Origin: Thermoplasmata archaeon
Lineage (GTDB): Archaea; Thermoplasmatota; Thermoplasmata; UBA10834
Length of the DNA: 52,972 nucleotides
Direction: 5' to 3'
Assembly (NCBI GenBank): GCA_014859835.1
Contig: JACZKW010000112.1
Coordinates: forward strand, 1 to 52,972
Shown here: piece after piece, positions 36,328 to 46,542 of the stretch
Numbering within the stretch: the first letter of the stretch is position 1
Layout of the letters: every line of letters begins with the position of its first letter
Notes under the pieces: model-generated
Database searches by the model: none
What the model was told of the DNA's origin: nothing
The model's input: the letters and a program-made list of their open reading frames with translations, nothing else
Made by a program: the position numbers and the translations under genes

Positions 36328-37575
36328 ATGGATACTGAGCAGCTTTCACAACTGGTCGACGCGCAGAAAGATGGCATGATCAAGGATTTCTGCTCGATGC
36401 TTAGAATAAAAGCGATCGCACCTGACAGCGGAGGCGAAGGTGAGCAGGCCCGCGCGGAATTCCTTGTCAAGTTGGCGGCCGACCTCGGCCTAGGCAAAGC
36501 CGAAGTATTGAGCTCGAGCGACCCACGGGTTCCTTCCGGTGGCCGACCGAACATCATACTCCGGCTCGCGGGGCGCACCGGCAAGGATCTTTGGGTCGTG
36601 ACACACATGGACACTGTCCCGGAAGGTGATATCTCCGCCTGGACCTCTCCACCATTCGACCCTCTGATCAAGGATGGCCGGATATATGGCCGAGGGTCTG
36701 AGGACAACGGGCAGGAGCTCATCGCCTCCCTCTTCGCGTTGGCGACGGTCAAGAATGCGGGGATTGCGCCTGAGATGAACATCAACCTCGCCTTCGTTGC
36801 CGACGAGGAGCAGGGCAACGACCACGGGATCGAGTTCCTGCTCTCAAGGGGATTGTTCAAGAAAGGCGATCTCGCGGTGGTCCCCGACCATGGGGCGTCC
36901 GATGGGTCTGAACTGGAGGTAGTGGAGAAGAGCATTCTATGGGTGAACGTCGAGGTCCTCGGGAAGCAGACCCATGCAAGCACCCCTGACGATGGCGTCA
37001 ACGCCCTCGAGGTTGCTGCCAAGTACATGTTGAAGGTGACAGACGAACTGCGTGCAAAATATGCAGATAGCGACCCACTTTTCAACCCCCCTCCTAGCAC
37101 ATTCGTTGCGACGAGGTGCGAATCAAACGGTCCGAACATCAATACGATCCCTGGGAAGCAGAGGTTCGCATTTGATTTCAGGGTCCTTCCGGAATACCGC
37201 TTGGATGAGATTCTGGCCGATATGAACCGGGTCGCCAAAGGAATCGAATCCGAGAGCGGTGCCAAGATCGTGCTGGAAGTCGATCAGAGGGCCGACGCGC
37301 CCCCGAGGACCAGCGTGGACTCAGAGGTCGTGAAGAGGCTATCCGTTGCCGTCAGGACGATCAAGAAAGTGGAGCCACGCCCCACGGGCATGGGCGGCGG
37401 CACATGCGCCACTCCATTCAGGCGCGAAGGGATCGACGCAGTGGTCTGGGCGTCTCTAGACTCCACGGCACACGATGCGAATGAATACTGCGTGATCGAT
37501 AACTTGATGTCTGACACGAAAGTCTTCGCCCTGCTCTTCGCAGGTGACGCAATATCCTCTGCTCAGGAATCCTGA
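36328..37575 (+). CDS. M20 family metallopeptidase (ArgE/DapE-like deacylase)
   Basis: VTHMDTVP, GRGSEDNGQ and FVADEEQG metal-ligand motifs. Confidence 0.8.
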   Translation: MDTEQLSQLVDAQKDGMIKDFCSMLRIKAIAPDSGGEGEQARAEFLVKLAADLGLGKAEVLSSSDPRVPSGGRPNIILRLAGRTGKDLWVVTHMDTVPEGDISAWTSPPFDPLIKDGRIYGRGSEDNGQELIASLFALATVKNAGIAPEMNINLAFVADEEQGNDHGIEFLLSRGLFKKGDLAVVPDHGASDGSELEVVEKSILWVNVEVLGKQTHASTPDDGVNALEVAAKYMLKVTDELRAKYADSDPLFNPPPSTFVATRCESNGPNINTIPGKQRFAFDFRVLPEYRLDEILADMNRVAKGIESESGAKIVLEVDQRADAPPRTSVDSEVVKRLSVAVRTIKKVEPRPTGMGGGTCATPFRREGIDAVVWASLDSTAHDANEYCVIDNLMSDTKVFALLFAGDAISSAQES

Positions 37576-38528
37576 GTGGACGCGGATTGCTTGTCCCCGA
37601 AAATCCTTCCGACCATCCAGTCCGCGTCGAAGCGCCGGAATTGGTCGTATTCCTGGCCGAAGCTCACATATGCGATGGGCTTGCCGACCGTCTTCGCGAT
37701 GGACAGCGCCGCGCCACCTTTCGCATCGGCATCTATCTTCGTCAACACAACTGCATCGATTCCGACGGCCTCGTCGAACTTCTTTGCCTGGATTACCGCA
37801 TCGGATCCCGCGAGTGAATCGCCTACGAACACGATGAGGTCCGGTTTCGCGACGCGCTTGATCTTCTTCATCTCATCCATCAGGTTCGCATTGGTCTGCA
37901 TCCGGCCTGCGGTGTCGATCAGGACGATTCCTCTCTTGCGGGCCTTCGCATGCTCGATTGCATCATATGCAACGGCCGCGGGGTCCCCTCCTGCCTGATG
38001 TTTGATTATCTTGCATTCAAGTCTCTCGGAGTGTATCGTCAGTTGCTCTATCGCGCCCGCCCTGAAAGTATCTGCTGCTGCGAGAACGACACTGTATCCG
38101 TGAGCCTTCAGCCTGCTCGCCATCTTGGCAATGACAGTGGTCTTCCCGGTTCCGTTTATGCCTACAAACATGATGACATAAGGTGGATCCTTCGAAGCCA
38201 GCGCATCCTTCAGGGAGAATGTGTTGGCCTGCAGGACATCTCTCACGGCGACCCGCAGTGCTAGTTCAATCGCCTCATCGATCTTGAACCCCTTATCGAT
38301 CCTCTTGCCCACCAATGCCATTCTCACACTCTTCGTGAGTTCCTCGGCGACCGATAGAGCGACATCTGATTCGAGAAGTCCCATCTCCAGCTCATGGAGA
38401 ACATCGTCAAGGACGCTCTCCCTGAGCCTCCTTCCAGAATCACCAGCAATTTCCGAGATGTCGTCGATCGACCTGCTCTCCGCGACTTTGGATGCGGCGG
38501 AGAATTTCTCTTTCAGCGCTCGGAACAT
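37563..38528 (-). CDS. ftsY: Signal recognition particle receptor FtsY
   Basis: GINGTGKTT, DTFRAGA, DTAGR and TKIDADAKGG. Confidence 0.9.
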   Translation of the reverse strand: MFRALKEKFSAASKVAESRSIDDISEIAGDSGRRLRESVLDDVLHELEMGLLESDVALSVAEELTKSVRMALVGKRIDKGFKIDEAIELALRVAVRDVLQANTFSLKDALASKDPPYVIMFVGINGTGKTTVIAKMASRLKAHGYSVVLAAADTFRAGAIEQLTIHSERLECKIIKHQAGGDPAAVAYDAIEHAKARKRGIVLIDTAGRMQTNANLMDEMKKIKRVAKPDLIVFVGDSLAGSDAVIQAKKFDEAVGIDAVVLTKIDADAKGGAALSIAKTVGKPIAYVSFGQEYDQFRRFDADWMVGRIFGDKQSASTQDS

Positions 38529-38537
38529 GATAAGCCC

Positions 38538-38969
38538 TCAGACTATTTGGCCTGCCTGCATCTCTTCGTATTGACTCTGAACCAACTGTGACAATTGCTG
38601 AATGGTGGCCTCTACCTGGTTTGCCTTCTCAGAGACCTTCTGGAACCCTTGGGACAGCTCCTCTATTCTGATATCCAATAATTTTTGCGCTTCCACGGCG
38701 TCCCTCTGAACAGACACCCCAGAACCCACGCCGATGACAACGTCCTTCCTCTCGGACGCCTTCGCATAAATGTACGAATCGGCACCTATTGGTATCATCA
38801 GATCATCTCCTGATGCTCCTGTGGAAAGGCTCTTCACGGTCTCGCGGGCCTTGACGTGCTCCTCGATAGCGAGCTGGATCAGTTCCTGCTGCCTTGCAAG
38901 CCCTTCCAGCTGTGCCTTGGCCGTGTCGAGCTTCATCATGTTCTCTCTGAGAACCGTCTCATCAATCAC
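38538..38969 (-). CDS. pfdA: Prefoldin alpha subunit
   Basis: 143-aa coiled coil / beta hairpins / coiled coil protein, within the conserved rpLX-pfdA-ftsY arrangement. Confidence 0.8.
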   Translation of the reverse strand: MIDETVLRENMMKLDTAKAQLEGLARQQELIQLAIEEHVKARETVKSLSTGASGDDLMIPIGADSYIYAKASERKDVVIGVGSGVSVQRDAVEAQKLLDIRIEELSQGFQKVSEKANQVEATIQQLSQLVQSQYEEMQAGQIV

Positions 38970-39199
38970 TTCTTTGCCTCCAGCAGGTATTTCACGGTAT
39001 GATTCGTGATCTCCTCTGATTTGAGGAGTTTCACGCCGTCTATCTTGATGAACGCCCGCTTGACGTTGTGCCTGCTGCCGATCAATGCCAGCAGTTTATC
39101 TACAGCGCCTTTTTCATCAGTTGACGCAACCTCAATAGTGAATGGTTGCCATTCCTTGACCGATAGTCTGAACTGACCCTTAACTTCGAAAGCTTTCAT
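38966..39199 (-). CDS. rplX: Ribosomal protein L18Ae/LX
   Basis: 77 aa from the ATG at 39199 (MKAFEVKGQF...W.PF..EV......A.....L..IGSRH.V.R..I.I). The stop overlaps the pfdA start. Confidence 0.65.
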   Translation of the reverse strand: MKAFEVKGQFRLSVKEWQPFTIEVASTDEKGAVDKLLALIGSRHNVKRAFIKIDGVKLLKSEEITNHTVKYLLEAKK

Positions 39200-39316
39200 G
39201 CAGACCAGCAGGGGCCCTAGAGAAAGGGTCGCAAATAAAGCTTTTGCCTGGACAACCCCTTCCCGGCCTGCCTCCCTCATAAGCTTGATATGCCGACTGG
39301 GCGTTGCTAAGGGATC

Positions 39317-40171
39317 GTGTTGCGAGAGATAGAGTGCTTCTACCCCGGGCGCAGCTTCCCTTCAGTCTCCGTCACAGGTCCAATCTGCGCTCTCAGATGC
39401 AAGCACTGTGAAGCGAAATATCTCGAAGGGATGGTACCGGCCACCACCCCGGAAAACCTGCTCAGATTCGCCAAGGCCCTCGAAGCGAGAGGCGCAAAGG
39501 GATTTTTGCTCAGCGGTGGATCGGATGCGAATGGCCGAGTCCCCCTGAGCGATTTCGCCTCGACAATTGCGCGCATAAAGACCGAGACATCCCTCAAGAT
39601 CAATGCGCATATCGGTCTCACACCCAGGGACGAGTTGGCAGAGCTCGTTCGAAGTGGCATTGACACTTTCTCCGTCGACATATACGGGTCGGATGAGACC
39701 ATTGCGGAGGTCTTGGGGTTGCGGGCCACTGTCGAGGACTACATGTGCGTTCTGAAATCTCTCAAATCCCTCAAGGCTCCCTTGGTCGTTCCGCACGTAT
39801 GTGTGGGGGTTCATGGTGGGCAGCTGAGGGGTGAGAGGAGAGCGATCGCAGAAATTGCCGATGTCGGGGTTCCGGTCCTGGTCCTGATATCCCTGATCCC
39901 GACGAAAGGCACGCGCTATGCGAGCTTGTTGCCCCCGTCTCCCAGCGACATGATCGGGATCATCTCTCTCGCACGCGAACGGATGCCCGAAACCAAGATC
40001 GTCTTTGGTTGCATGAGATCGAAGCGGAACAGGTCCTGGGAGTTCGATGCGGTCCAGGCCGGCTTGGACGGGATCGTGATGCCCTCGGAGTCCACGGTGG
40101 CTCTTATGAAGAAATCCGGTTTCGCGATAAGGCGACGGGAAACCTGCTGTTCCCTGTACGGCTACTTGTAG
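39317..40171 (+). CDS. Radical SAM domain protein
   Basis: CX3CX2C motif CALRCKHC near the N-terminus, with a TIM-barrel-sized body. GTG start. Confidence 0.7.
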   Translation: MLREIECFYPGRSFPSVSVTGPICALRCKHCEAKYLEGMVPATTPENLLRFAKALEARGAKGFLLSGGSDANGRVPLSDFASTIARIKTETSLKINAHIGLTPRDELAELVRSGIDTFSVDIYGSDETIAEVLGLRATVEDYMCVLKSLKSLKAPLVVPHVCVGVHGGQLRGERRAIAEIADVGVPVLVLISLIPTKGTRYASLLPPSPSDMIGIISLARERMPETKIVFGCMRSKRNRSWEFDAVQAGLDGIVMPSESTVALMKKSGFAIRRRETCCSLYGYL

Positions 40172-40989
40172 ATGGATCCGTGAGCGTATTTCCTCTCTAT
40201 CGGGACTAGATATGCGACCCATGCTATGTTCGCTACCACAAACGCAAGGGTGAGGAGTGATACGAGCCCAGTGAGTGTTTCGGATACTTCGTTAGATAAG
40301 GTCACGGTGATGATTGCGCCAGGATTGTCCAGATCATTGAGCACCAGATGGAAGAGGGTGTGATCGGCGAATGGTATCGTGATGGTCAGCTCCCCGTCGA
40401 TTACGTAGTTATCATGATTCAATCTCATCGAGTACATTTCGTCCAAGCTGCCATTATATTCCCGATATACCGCATCCTTGACCAGGTATAGCTGGACAAT
40501 GTCCTGCGAGGTGGCCCTGATCTCAGAGGCCCTCAACATTGCGACCGGGTCCCTCGACCAGAAGGAATAGTCTGTGCCACTGGTGATTGCGACCGTCCTC
40601 TCCGTGGCGTCCTCGACCACCGAGAGTATCGGTGGTACCATGAGCACAAACGTGATGGCTGCACTTATGATCGCTATCAGTATCGACCTCTTCATCGAGG
40701 TATTGGCCATAAGGTGCCTGGCGCTGGAGCTTCTGGCAAACCGTATCTCCAGTATTCTAAAGAAGAATCCTTCGACGCAGATGACAAACAGAATCAAGAC
40801 GACCACAGCGGCGAAGGAGTCGAGGGGAAGGTATAGGCTCGGCTTGATCTTCGCATCCCCTATGATGAATACGACGAGGAACGCCAGTGCCACCAGGATG
40901 GCCACCTGGAGCATGTATAACATGATCTTGATCCGATGAATCCTGGTCAATCTGACCGAATCCTCCAGGACCTTTTTTGATAAGGGCAT
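40162..40989 (-). CDS. Hypothetical membrane protein (3 N-terminal TM helices, an extracytoplasmic domain, and a C-terminal TM helix)
   Basis: Based on the hydrophobic segment pattern only. No recognisable motif. Confidence 0.45.
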   Translation of the reverse strand: MPLSKKVLEDSVRLTRIHRIKIMLYMLQVAILVALAFLVVFIIGDAKIKPSLYLPLDSFAAVVVLILFVICVEGFFFRILEIRFARSSSARHLMANTSMKRSILIAIISAAITFVLMVPPILSVVEDATERTVAITSGTDYSFWSRDPVAMLRASEIRATSQDIVQLYLVKDAVYREYNGSLDEMYSMRLNHDNYVIDGELTITIPFADHTLFHLVLNDLDNPGAIITVTLSNEVSETLTGLVSLLTLAFVVANIAWVAYLVPIERKYAHGSIYK

Positions 40990-41030
40990 CGCGAATTAAG
41001 ATGACATAGTCCGAATTAATATTTTGTGCA

Positions 41031-42260
41031 TCAGAAATCAAAAGTCGCCAGCTTTCTGCATATTAGGTAGATGGCAGCATACTCTGGCACAGTGTTCTGC
41101 CCCTCGTCCAACGTGAACATGCGCTCCTTGAGGGACATTTCGACCGGTTCCTGGCAACTGACGCAGACTGGCTCCTCTCCAAATGTAGCCGAGACCGCCG
41201 ATATGAACGGATCGAAATCCTCGACATCGTCTCTTTTCATGGGGATGACCTCGAATCCCGTCTTGCCGTGCAACGACGACGGCAGTCTTATCAGTCGCTT
41301 TATGTCCGAAGTGACTGGTTCGTCCGTCTCACCTTTCATCCGCCCCTTAACCCTCATCTCCACGATTGATATGAATGCGTCCGCCCGTCTCTTTTCGGAA
41401 AATACTTCGAAGGTGTCGTCATCTCTCATCCGGTCCACCCCTCTCTTTCCCTGGCTACCTTTGAAGAGGTCGTCGTACACGCCCTCCAGGGTCTTCACAC
41501 CTATCTCCTTGGACCCCTCATCGGATATCTTGGCAAGGACGCCCTTGGCAGTTGTCTCGTCGGCGTCCTCCAACTCCTTCAGTAGTTCATCGATGCCGCG
41601 TCTCATACGCCGCCGCCATCCACCATCCTCGAGCTTCGGCATGGTCCTCTTATGCGCTATCGAAGGCCTATCCTTGAACCTCGCCATCTCGAAGGAGGTT
41701 TCGGGGAATATCCAATCGATGTCGAGGTCCGTCCCCGTCACATAATCCACTATCTCCCTCCTCTCATGACTCGACAATCGGAAGACCCTCGGATCATTGA
41801 TGTGGACGTGATATCCTCGGCCGCCGGAGAACACCACCTTAAGTGAATCATAATCGAAGCCTAGGTCCCCTAGGAGGAATTCGTCCATGAGTCGAATCAC
41901 CTCTTCTTTGACCCTTTTCAGCATATTCTCGTAGGTCATCCCTTTCGTCCCTTCGACGTGATCCGCATCCAGATCGAATATGAGGTCTGCGCCCAGCCAT
42001 TTCTTTTCAGGCATAGTGGGGGCATTCGGCTTCTCGTAATATGCGCATGAGTAGTATGCGTGAGATGGCACATTACTGACGAGGTAGTTTTTCAGCTCAG
42101 CTCTCTTCGCAAACCCCAGGTGTCTCATGACATAATCCCGGTCGAAGAACATGAATCCGAACTCCCTTCGCGCAAATCTATCCGGCATGGCGATGGAGAC
42201 ATCTCTGTAATGTCTCGAAAAAGCGGTCATTAGGAACCGTTTGTTCGCGTCAGGAGGCAT
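41031..42260 (-). CDS. priS: DNA primase small (catalytic) subunit PriS
   Basis: LIFDLDADH and SGGRGYHVHI catalytic motifs. A TATA-like TTAATATA lies about 30 nt upstream. Confidence 0.9.
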   Translation of the reverse strand: MPPDANKRFLMTAFSRHYRDVSIAMPDRFARREFGFMFFDRDYVMRHLGFAKRAELKNYLVSNVPSHAYYSCAYYEKPNAPTMPEKKWLGADLIFDLDADHVEGTKGMTYENMLKRVKEEVIRLMDEFLLGDLGFDYDSLKVVFSGGRGYHVHINDPRVFRLSSHERREIVDYVTGTDLDIDWIFPETSFEMARFKDRPSIAHKRTMPKLEDGGWRRRMRRGIDELLKELEDADETTAKGVLAKISDEGSKEIGVKTLEGVYDDLFKGSQGKRGVDRMRDDDTFEVFSEKRRADAFISIVEMRVKGRMKGETDEPVTSDIKRLIRLPSSLHGKTGFEVIPMKRDDVEDFDPFISAVSATFGEEPVCVSCQEPVEMSLKERMFTLDEGQNTVPEYAAIYLICRKLATFDF

Positions 42261-42386
42261 GCGCCAGTGTTATGTTGCTGACTCGTATATTAACCTCACA
42301 TCTGCCGTACATGTACTTGTACTATCATGATTCGAAAACAATATCAAAGAGAGCGGCTATTGTGTCTTCCAGCTAAGTGATCCCCA

Positions 42387-43265
42387 ATGATAAAGACCTA
42401 CATACGGATCGAACTCAGCAGCGAGGGCGAATCGCCCAAGCAGATAATCGAGCGGATGAGACAGATAGACGCAGTGCCAGTCATCGGCGAATACGATTTC
42501 GAATTAAGCCTTGGCGAGGATGAGAGACTTTTCGACAAACTCGAGGACATTCATCACGTGCTGAGGGGCTCAAGCGTAAGGTACACCGTCACAACCAGAA
42601 CCGACGTCGATAAAGCTGCTATGAACAACGGGATCCGTGAGATAACCCACATGGTCGATCAGAAACCGGTGGAGCTGCGCAAGAAGCTCTACAGGGCCAA
42701 GCTGGAACGATGGCGGGAGATGGGTCTGGACGTCGATGAACTCGAACAGCTCCTGGACGAGGACCTTGATAAGTTCAAGGTCGCGAGCAGGACTTTCCTG
42801 AAGACGCATCTGGATAGCATATCTGTCGTGAAGGACAAGCATCTTCCGCAGAATCTGATCGATGGTGACATTCTGTCGCTGATCACAGAAGAAGGGAAGA
42901 CCCTCCCTGATCTGATGGCGTTGACTGGCCACTCCGAGGAACAGATCACGCTCTCTCTCGGCAGGCTGATCTCTGCCGGAAGCACGATCCTGGACAGCAC
43001 TGGCAAGACGGAGATATACAGACTCGTGCCGCCTCCAGCCCCTCCTATGCGCAAGCCGCTGAAAGTGTTGGATGCCGCGGGCGAGGAGGATGCGGAGGAG
43101 CGCATAATGAATGCATTGAGGCCAAATGGTTCCACTAAGGTGCAGTTGGCCCGGGCCAGCCGGTTGCCCCCCGAACAGGCCACAAAGGCGTTGGCTTCGC
43201 TGTCCAAGAAGGGCCGGATCCGTGTAGTGCGCAAGGGCAACAGGGCACTCTTCTATCCTGCCTGA
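42387..43265 (+). CDS. Hypothetical protein with two C-terminal winged-helix-like modules
   Basis: An unknown N-terminal domain of about 75 aa, then a charged coiled-coil segment, then two wHTH-like stretches (ILSLITEEGKTLPDLMALTGHSEEQITLSLGRLISAG and IMNALRPNGSTKVQLARASRLPPEQATKALASLSKKGRIRVV). Confidence 0.5.
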   Translation: MIKTYIRIELSSEGESPKQIIERMRQIDAVPVIGEYDFELSLGEDERLFDKLEDIHHVLRGSSVRYTVTTRTDVDKAAMNNGIREITHMVDQKPVELRKKLYRAKLERWREMGLDVDELEQLLDEDLDKFKVASRTFLKTHLDSISVVKDKHLPQNLIDGDILSLITEEGKTLPDLMALTGHSEEQITLSLGRLISAGSTILDSTGKTEIYRLVPPPAPPMRKPLKVLDAAGEEDAEERIMNALRPNGSTKVQLARASRLPPEQATKALASLSKKGRIRVVRKGNRALFYPA

Positions 43266-43353
43266 AGCACATCCTCTGCCTTCTGGCTTCTGCGAATCGA
43301 CGAAGGTTTAATACAGAACCCATCCGATTGGACGAACGGAACCAGTGCATCGA

Positions 43354-44226
43354 ATGTATGCGTTGAAGATGAGCGGAGTGAGTTTTGTCTACGAGGGTGC
43401 TGAAGGTCATGCGCTCGACGACATCTCCGTTTCAATTGACGAAGGCGAGTTCGTGACGGTCCTCGGCGCAAACGGCGCCGGCAAGACAACACTCGCCATG
43501 TTATCGAACGGTCTGATCCCTCACGCGATCAAAGGCACCCTCGAAGGCTCAGTCAAGGTATTCGGATACGACATATCCAAGCACAGCGTCGCCCAGCTCT
43601 CGACCCTCGTTGGGATGGTATTCCAAGAACCTGAGAGCCAATTGTTCTGCATGAGCGTGGAAGAGGAGGTGGCTTTCGGCCCGGAGAACTTGGCGATCCC
43701 TCCCGACGAGATCTTCAAGCGCGTGGAGTGGGCACTGGACCTCGTCGGTCTCAAAGGATTGAACGACCGCTCTCCCGCGACGCTCTCTGGCGGTCAGAAA
43801 CAGCGTCTTGCAATAGCCGCCGCACTCGCGATGCGTCCTAAGATGCTGGTTCTGGACGAACCGGCCTATGCGCTCGATCCTGTCGGCAGGATAGAGCTGT
43901 ACGCGCTTCTTCGTTCGTTGACCGAGAAGCATGGGATGGCAGTCCTACTGATGGACCGTGATTCGGAAAACATACTCGAGTTCTCGGACAAGGTCGTTCT
44001 GATGAATTCTGGTCGTATACTGAAGGTGGCTCCTCCATCCGAGATCCTCAGCGACATCCGTAATTTCCGAACGATTCGTGTCCCGCCTCCCCAAATATTC
44101 GAGATCGCATCCTTGTTGAATTCTAGACTGACCGGTGCCGATTTTTCCTTCACCACTCTTGACGAGGCCGAAGCCGAGCTGTTGTCGAGGGTTCCGTCAT
44201 TGCCGAGGCGCGGTGATACGAGATGA
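43354..44226 (+). CDS. ecfA: ECF transporter ATPase component EcfA1 (CbiO-like)
   Basis: GANGAGKTT, LSGGQKQRLAIA and VLDEP. Confidence 0.85.
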   Translation: MYALKMSGVSFVYEGAEGHALDDISVSIDEGEFVTVLGANGAGKTTLAMLSNGLIPHAIKGTLEGSVKVFGYDISKHSVAQLSTLVGMVFQEPESQLFCMSVEEEVAFGPENLAIPPDEIFKRVEWALDLVGLKGLNDRSPATLSGGQKQRLAIAAALAMRPKMLVLDEPAYALDPVGRIELYALLRSLTEKHGMAVLLMDRDSENILEFSDKVVLMNSGRILKVAPPSEILSDIRNFRTIRVPPPQIFEIASLLNSRLTGADFSFTTLDEAEAELLSRVPSLPRRGDTR

Positions 44227-45077
44227 TACCCAAACCGAGCGCCGACCGATCCAAAAGGGTGATCGAGATGGACAATGTGGGATTCACGTACGAAGCCGGC
44301 GTGGAAGCCCTTCGAAGCGTCTCCCTCAAGATATCGAGCGGTGAATTCCTCGCAATAGTAGGCGGCAACGGTTCGGGAAAGACTACTCTGGCCAAACTAA
44401 TGAATGGTTTGCTCCGACCATCGGGTGGCTCGATCAAGATATCGGGGGCTCCCGCGGAGAGCCAATCGATAGCCGAATTATCGAAAACGGTCGGCTACTG
44501 CTTCCAGAATCCCGATCATCAACTATTCTGTACGAGCGTCGAGGATGAGGTGATGTTCGGTCCGAAGAACCTCGGGATCGGACCAGAGGAGTCGCGGGAG
44601 CGCATGGAGCGCGCCCTCTCGCTGATGGGCATTTTCTCACTCAAGACAATGTCACCTTTCTCTCTGAGCCTCAGTGAAAGGCGTAGAGTCACTATCGCAT
44701 CAATCTTGGCGATGACGCCTCAGGTCATGATACTCGACGAGCCCACGACTGGTTTGGACGCGGACGAATCATCGGAACTAATGGCACTAATTCGAAAGTT
44801 GAACGCTGATGGGAGAACGATCATTCTCATCACTCATGAGATGAAGCTTGTGGCCGAGCACGCAGATCGCGTGATCATCCTTTCCGATGGCCACATCCTG
44901 CTAGATTCCGATGTCCGTGGAGCGTTCTCTGATCCGGAGATACTGAAGGCGAGCAGGCTCCTTCCCCCACCTGTGACCTTATTGGCCAGCAGGATCTCCT
45001 CGATAGGCATTTCGCGCGACCTCCTCACATCGGACGAATTCGTGTTCGAATTATCTCGGAGGTATGGGTCCAGATGA
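44223..45077 (+). CDS. ecfA: ECF transporter ATPase component EcfA2
   Basis: GGNGSGKTT, LSLSERRRVTIA and ILDEPTTGLD. ATGA overlap with the upstream gene. Confidence 0.85.
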   Translation: MIPKPSADRSKRVIEMDNVGFTYEAGVEALRSVSLKISSGEFLAIVGGNGSGKTTLAKLMNGLLRPSGGSIKISGAPAESQSIAELSKTVGYCFQNPDHQLFCTSVEDEVMFGPKNLGIGPEESRERMERALSLMGIFSLKTMSPFSLSLSERRRVTIASILAMTPQVMILDEPTTGLDADESSELMALIRKLNADGRTIILITHEMKLVAEHADRVIILSDGHILLDSDVRGAFSDPEILKASRLLPPPVTLLASRISSIGISRDLLTSDEFVFELSRRYGSR

Positions 45078-45862
45078 AAGGCGTGTTCGATTTATACACT
45101 GCCCGAGACACATTCCTACACCGGCTCGATCCTCGAGTGAAGATACTCGCAGTTCTGTTCCTCAGCCTGTTGGGTTTCATCATGACGAATCTGATCCCAC
45201 TGTTCACTCTGCTCTGTTTCATCATCCTTCTGCTGTACTTGACCAGATCCACTTTCAGCAAAGCGTACTTCGCGTTGAAGTTCGTATTGCGGTTGATGGT
45301 CCTTATCACCATCCTTTGGCCGTTCTTTGACCAATCTGGGCTTCCAGTATTGGCTACGATCGGCCCGATCAAGATAACCGAACCAGCAATCTGGAGGGGG
45401 TTGACTTCTGCGATCAGGATCGGATGTCTCGCAACAGTCTGGTACCTACTCATGTTCACCACTGCTCAGCGCGACCTTGTCCGGGCCCTTGTTAAGATGG
45501 GTCTTAGATATGACTACGGGCTTGCGCTCGCGATATCTCTGAGATTCATACCGACCTTCGGGTTCACGATCGAATCTATCAAGGACGCTCAGCGCGCGCG
45601 CGGGCTCGAATTCGACAAAGGCTCTGTCATCCGCAGATCCAAGAACTACATCGCCGTCCTGATACCCGCGATAGTCTATGCGTTGAAGACCGCCGAGACA
45701 CTCTCACTGTCTCTTCAGTCGAGAGCCTATGGTGCACGAAAGGACCGGACATACATGCGGGAGATACGAATGACGCGTTCGGACATGGTTGCGCTCGCCG
45801 TCGTGATACTCATTTTTGCTGTCCCTGCAGTTGCGAGAATCGTCTATGGGACTGCAATCTGA
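45074..45862 (+). CDS. ecfT: ECF transporter transmembrane component EcfT (CbiQ family)
   Basis: LHRLDPRVK N-terminus, multi-TM body, and the conserved ARGLEF region. Confidence 0.85.
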   Translation: MKGVFDLYTARDTFLHRLDPRVKILAVLFLSLLGFIMTNLIPLFTLLCFIILLLYLTRSTFSKAYFALKFVLRLMVLITILWPFFDQSGLPVLATIGPIKITEPAIWRGLTSAIRIGCLATVWYLLMFTTAQRDLVRALVKMGLRYDYGLALAISLRFIPTFGFTIESIKDAQRARGLEFDKGSVIRRSKNYIAVLIPAIVYALKTAETLSLSLQSRAYGARKDRTYMREIRMTRSDMVALAVVILIFAVPAVARIVYGTAI

Positions 45863-45940
45863 TTTCGTAAATAGGGTGCGTGAATCGACTCATCGACCTG
45901 TCAGACTTTATGTAGTTTGCCGTATCTTGCGGTCTTCGGC

Positions 45941-46513
45941 ATGACAGAAAATGATCCTCAAAGTCCACCGGCTGACCAGCCACCACTAGAGGAAATGCCA
46001 AAGGCTAATTTCGTTTCTCCGAGGACAGTTGCAGTCTACGGGGTCCTCACGGCACTGACGGCCGCGGTGACCATCCTCACAGTAATACCGTTTCCTCCGA
46101 CAAAGGGCTACTTCAACCTCGGAGAAGCGATGGTGTTCTTCTCAGCTCTCGTATTTGGTTGGAGGGCCGGTGCAATATGTGGTGGTGTCGGCTCTGCAAT
46201 CGCAGACGTGATAATCGGTTACGGTGCCTTCGCCCCGGTAACGCTCGCTGCCAAGGGCGTCGAGGGGTGCGTTGCTGGCTTGATATCCAAGTTCAAAGGC
46301 GGCAAGAAGTGGTCATCCGTGCTAGGCATATTCTGTGGAGGTGTCTGCATGGTATCGATATACTATCTGGCTGAAGTATACCTGCTCGACATTGGTCAGG
46401 GCGTCGCTCTCACAGAGCTGCTCACCGTCAACATCCCGCAGGTCGCGATCGGCGGGACACTCGGGTTCGTACTAGCACACTATGTCAGAAAGTCCATCCG
46501 ATTCCCCAAGTAG
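45941..46513 (+). CDS. Probable ECF transporter S (substrate-capture) component
   Basis: About six TM helices, with GYFNLGEAMVFFSALVFG and GSAIADVIIGYGAFAPVTLAAKG typical of S components. Located directly after ecfT. Confidence 0.55.
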   Translation: MTENDPQSPPADQPPLEEMPKANFVSPRTVAVYGVLTALTAAVTILTVIPFPPTKGYFNLGEAMVFFSALVFGWRAGAICGGVGSAIADVIIGYGAFAPVTLAAKGVEGCVAGLISKFKGGKKWSSVLGIFCGGVCMVSIYYLAEVYLLDIGQGVALTELLTVNIPQVAIGGTLGFVLAHYVRKSIRFPK

Positions 46514-46542
46514 GATTGCCTTTTGGAAGGCGCTGGGCGCGG

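Noticed and set aside
36270-37265. A 331-aa minus-strand ORF antisense to the M20 peptidase gene.
   Set aside because: It lies entirely within a well-supported plus-strand gene. Its Ser/Pro/Arg-rich, low-complexity composition is typical of antisense frames in GC-rich coding DNA, and it has no recognisable motifs.
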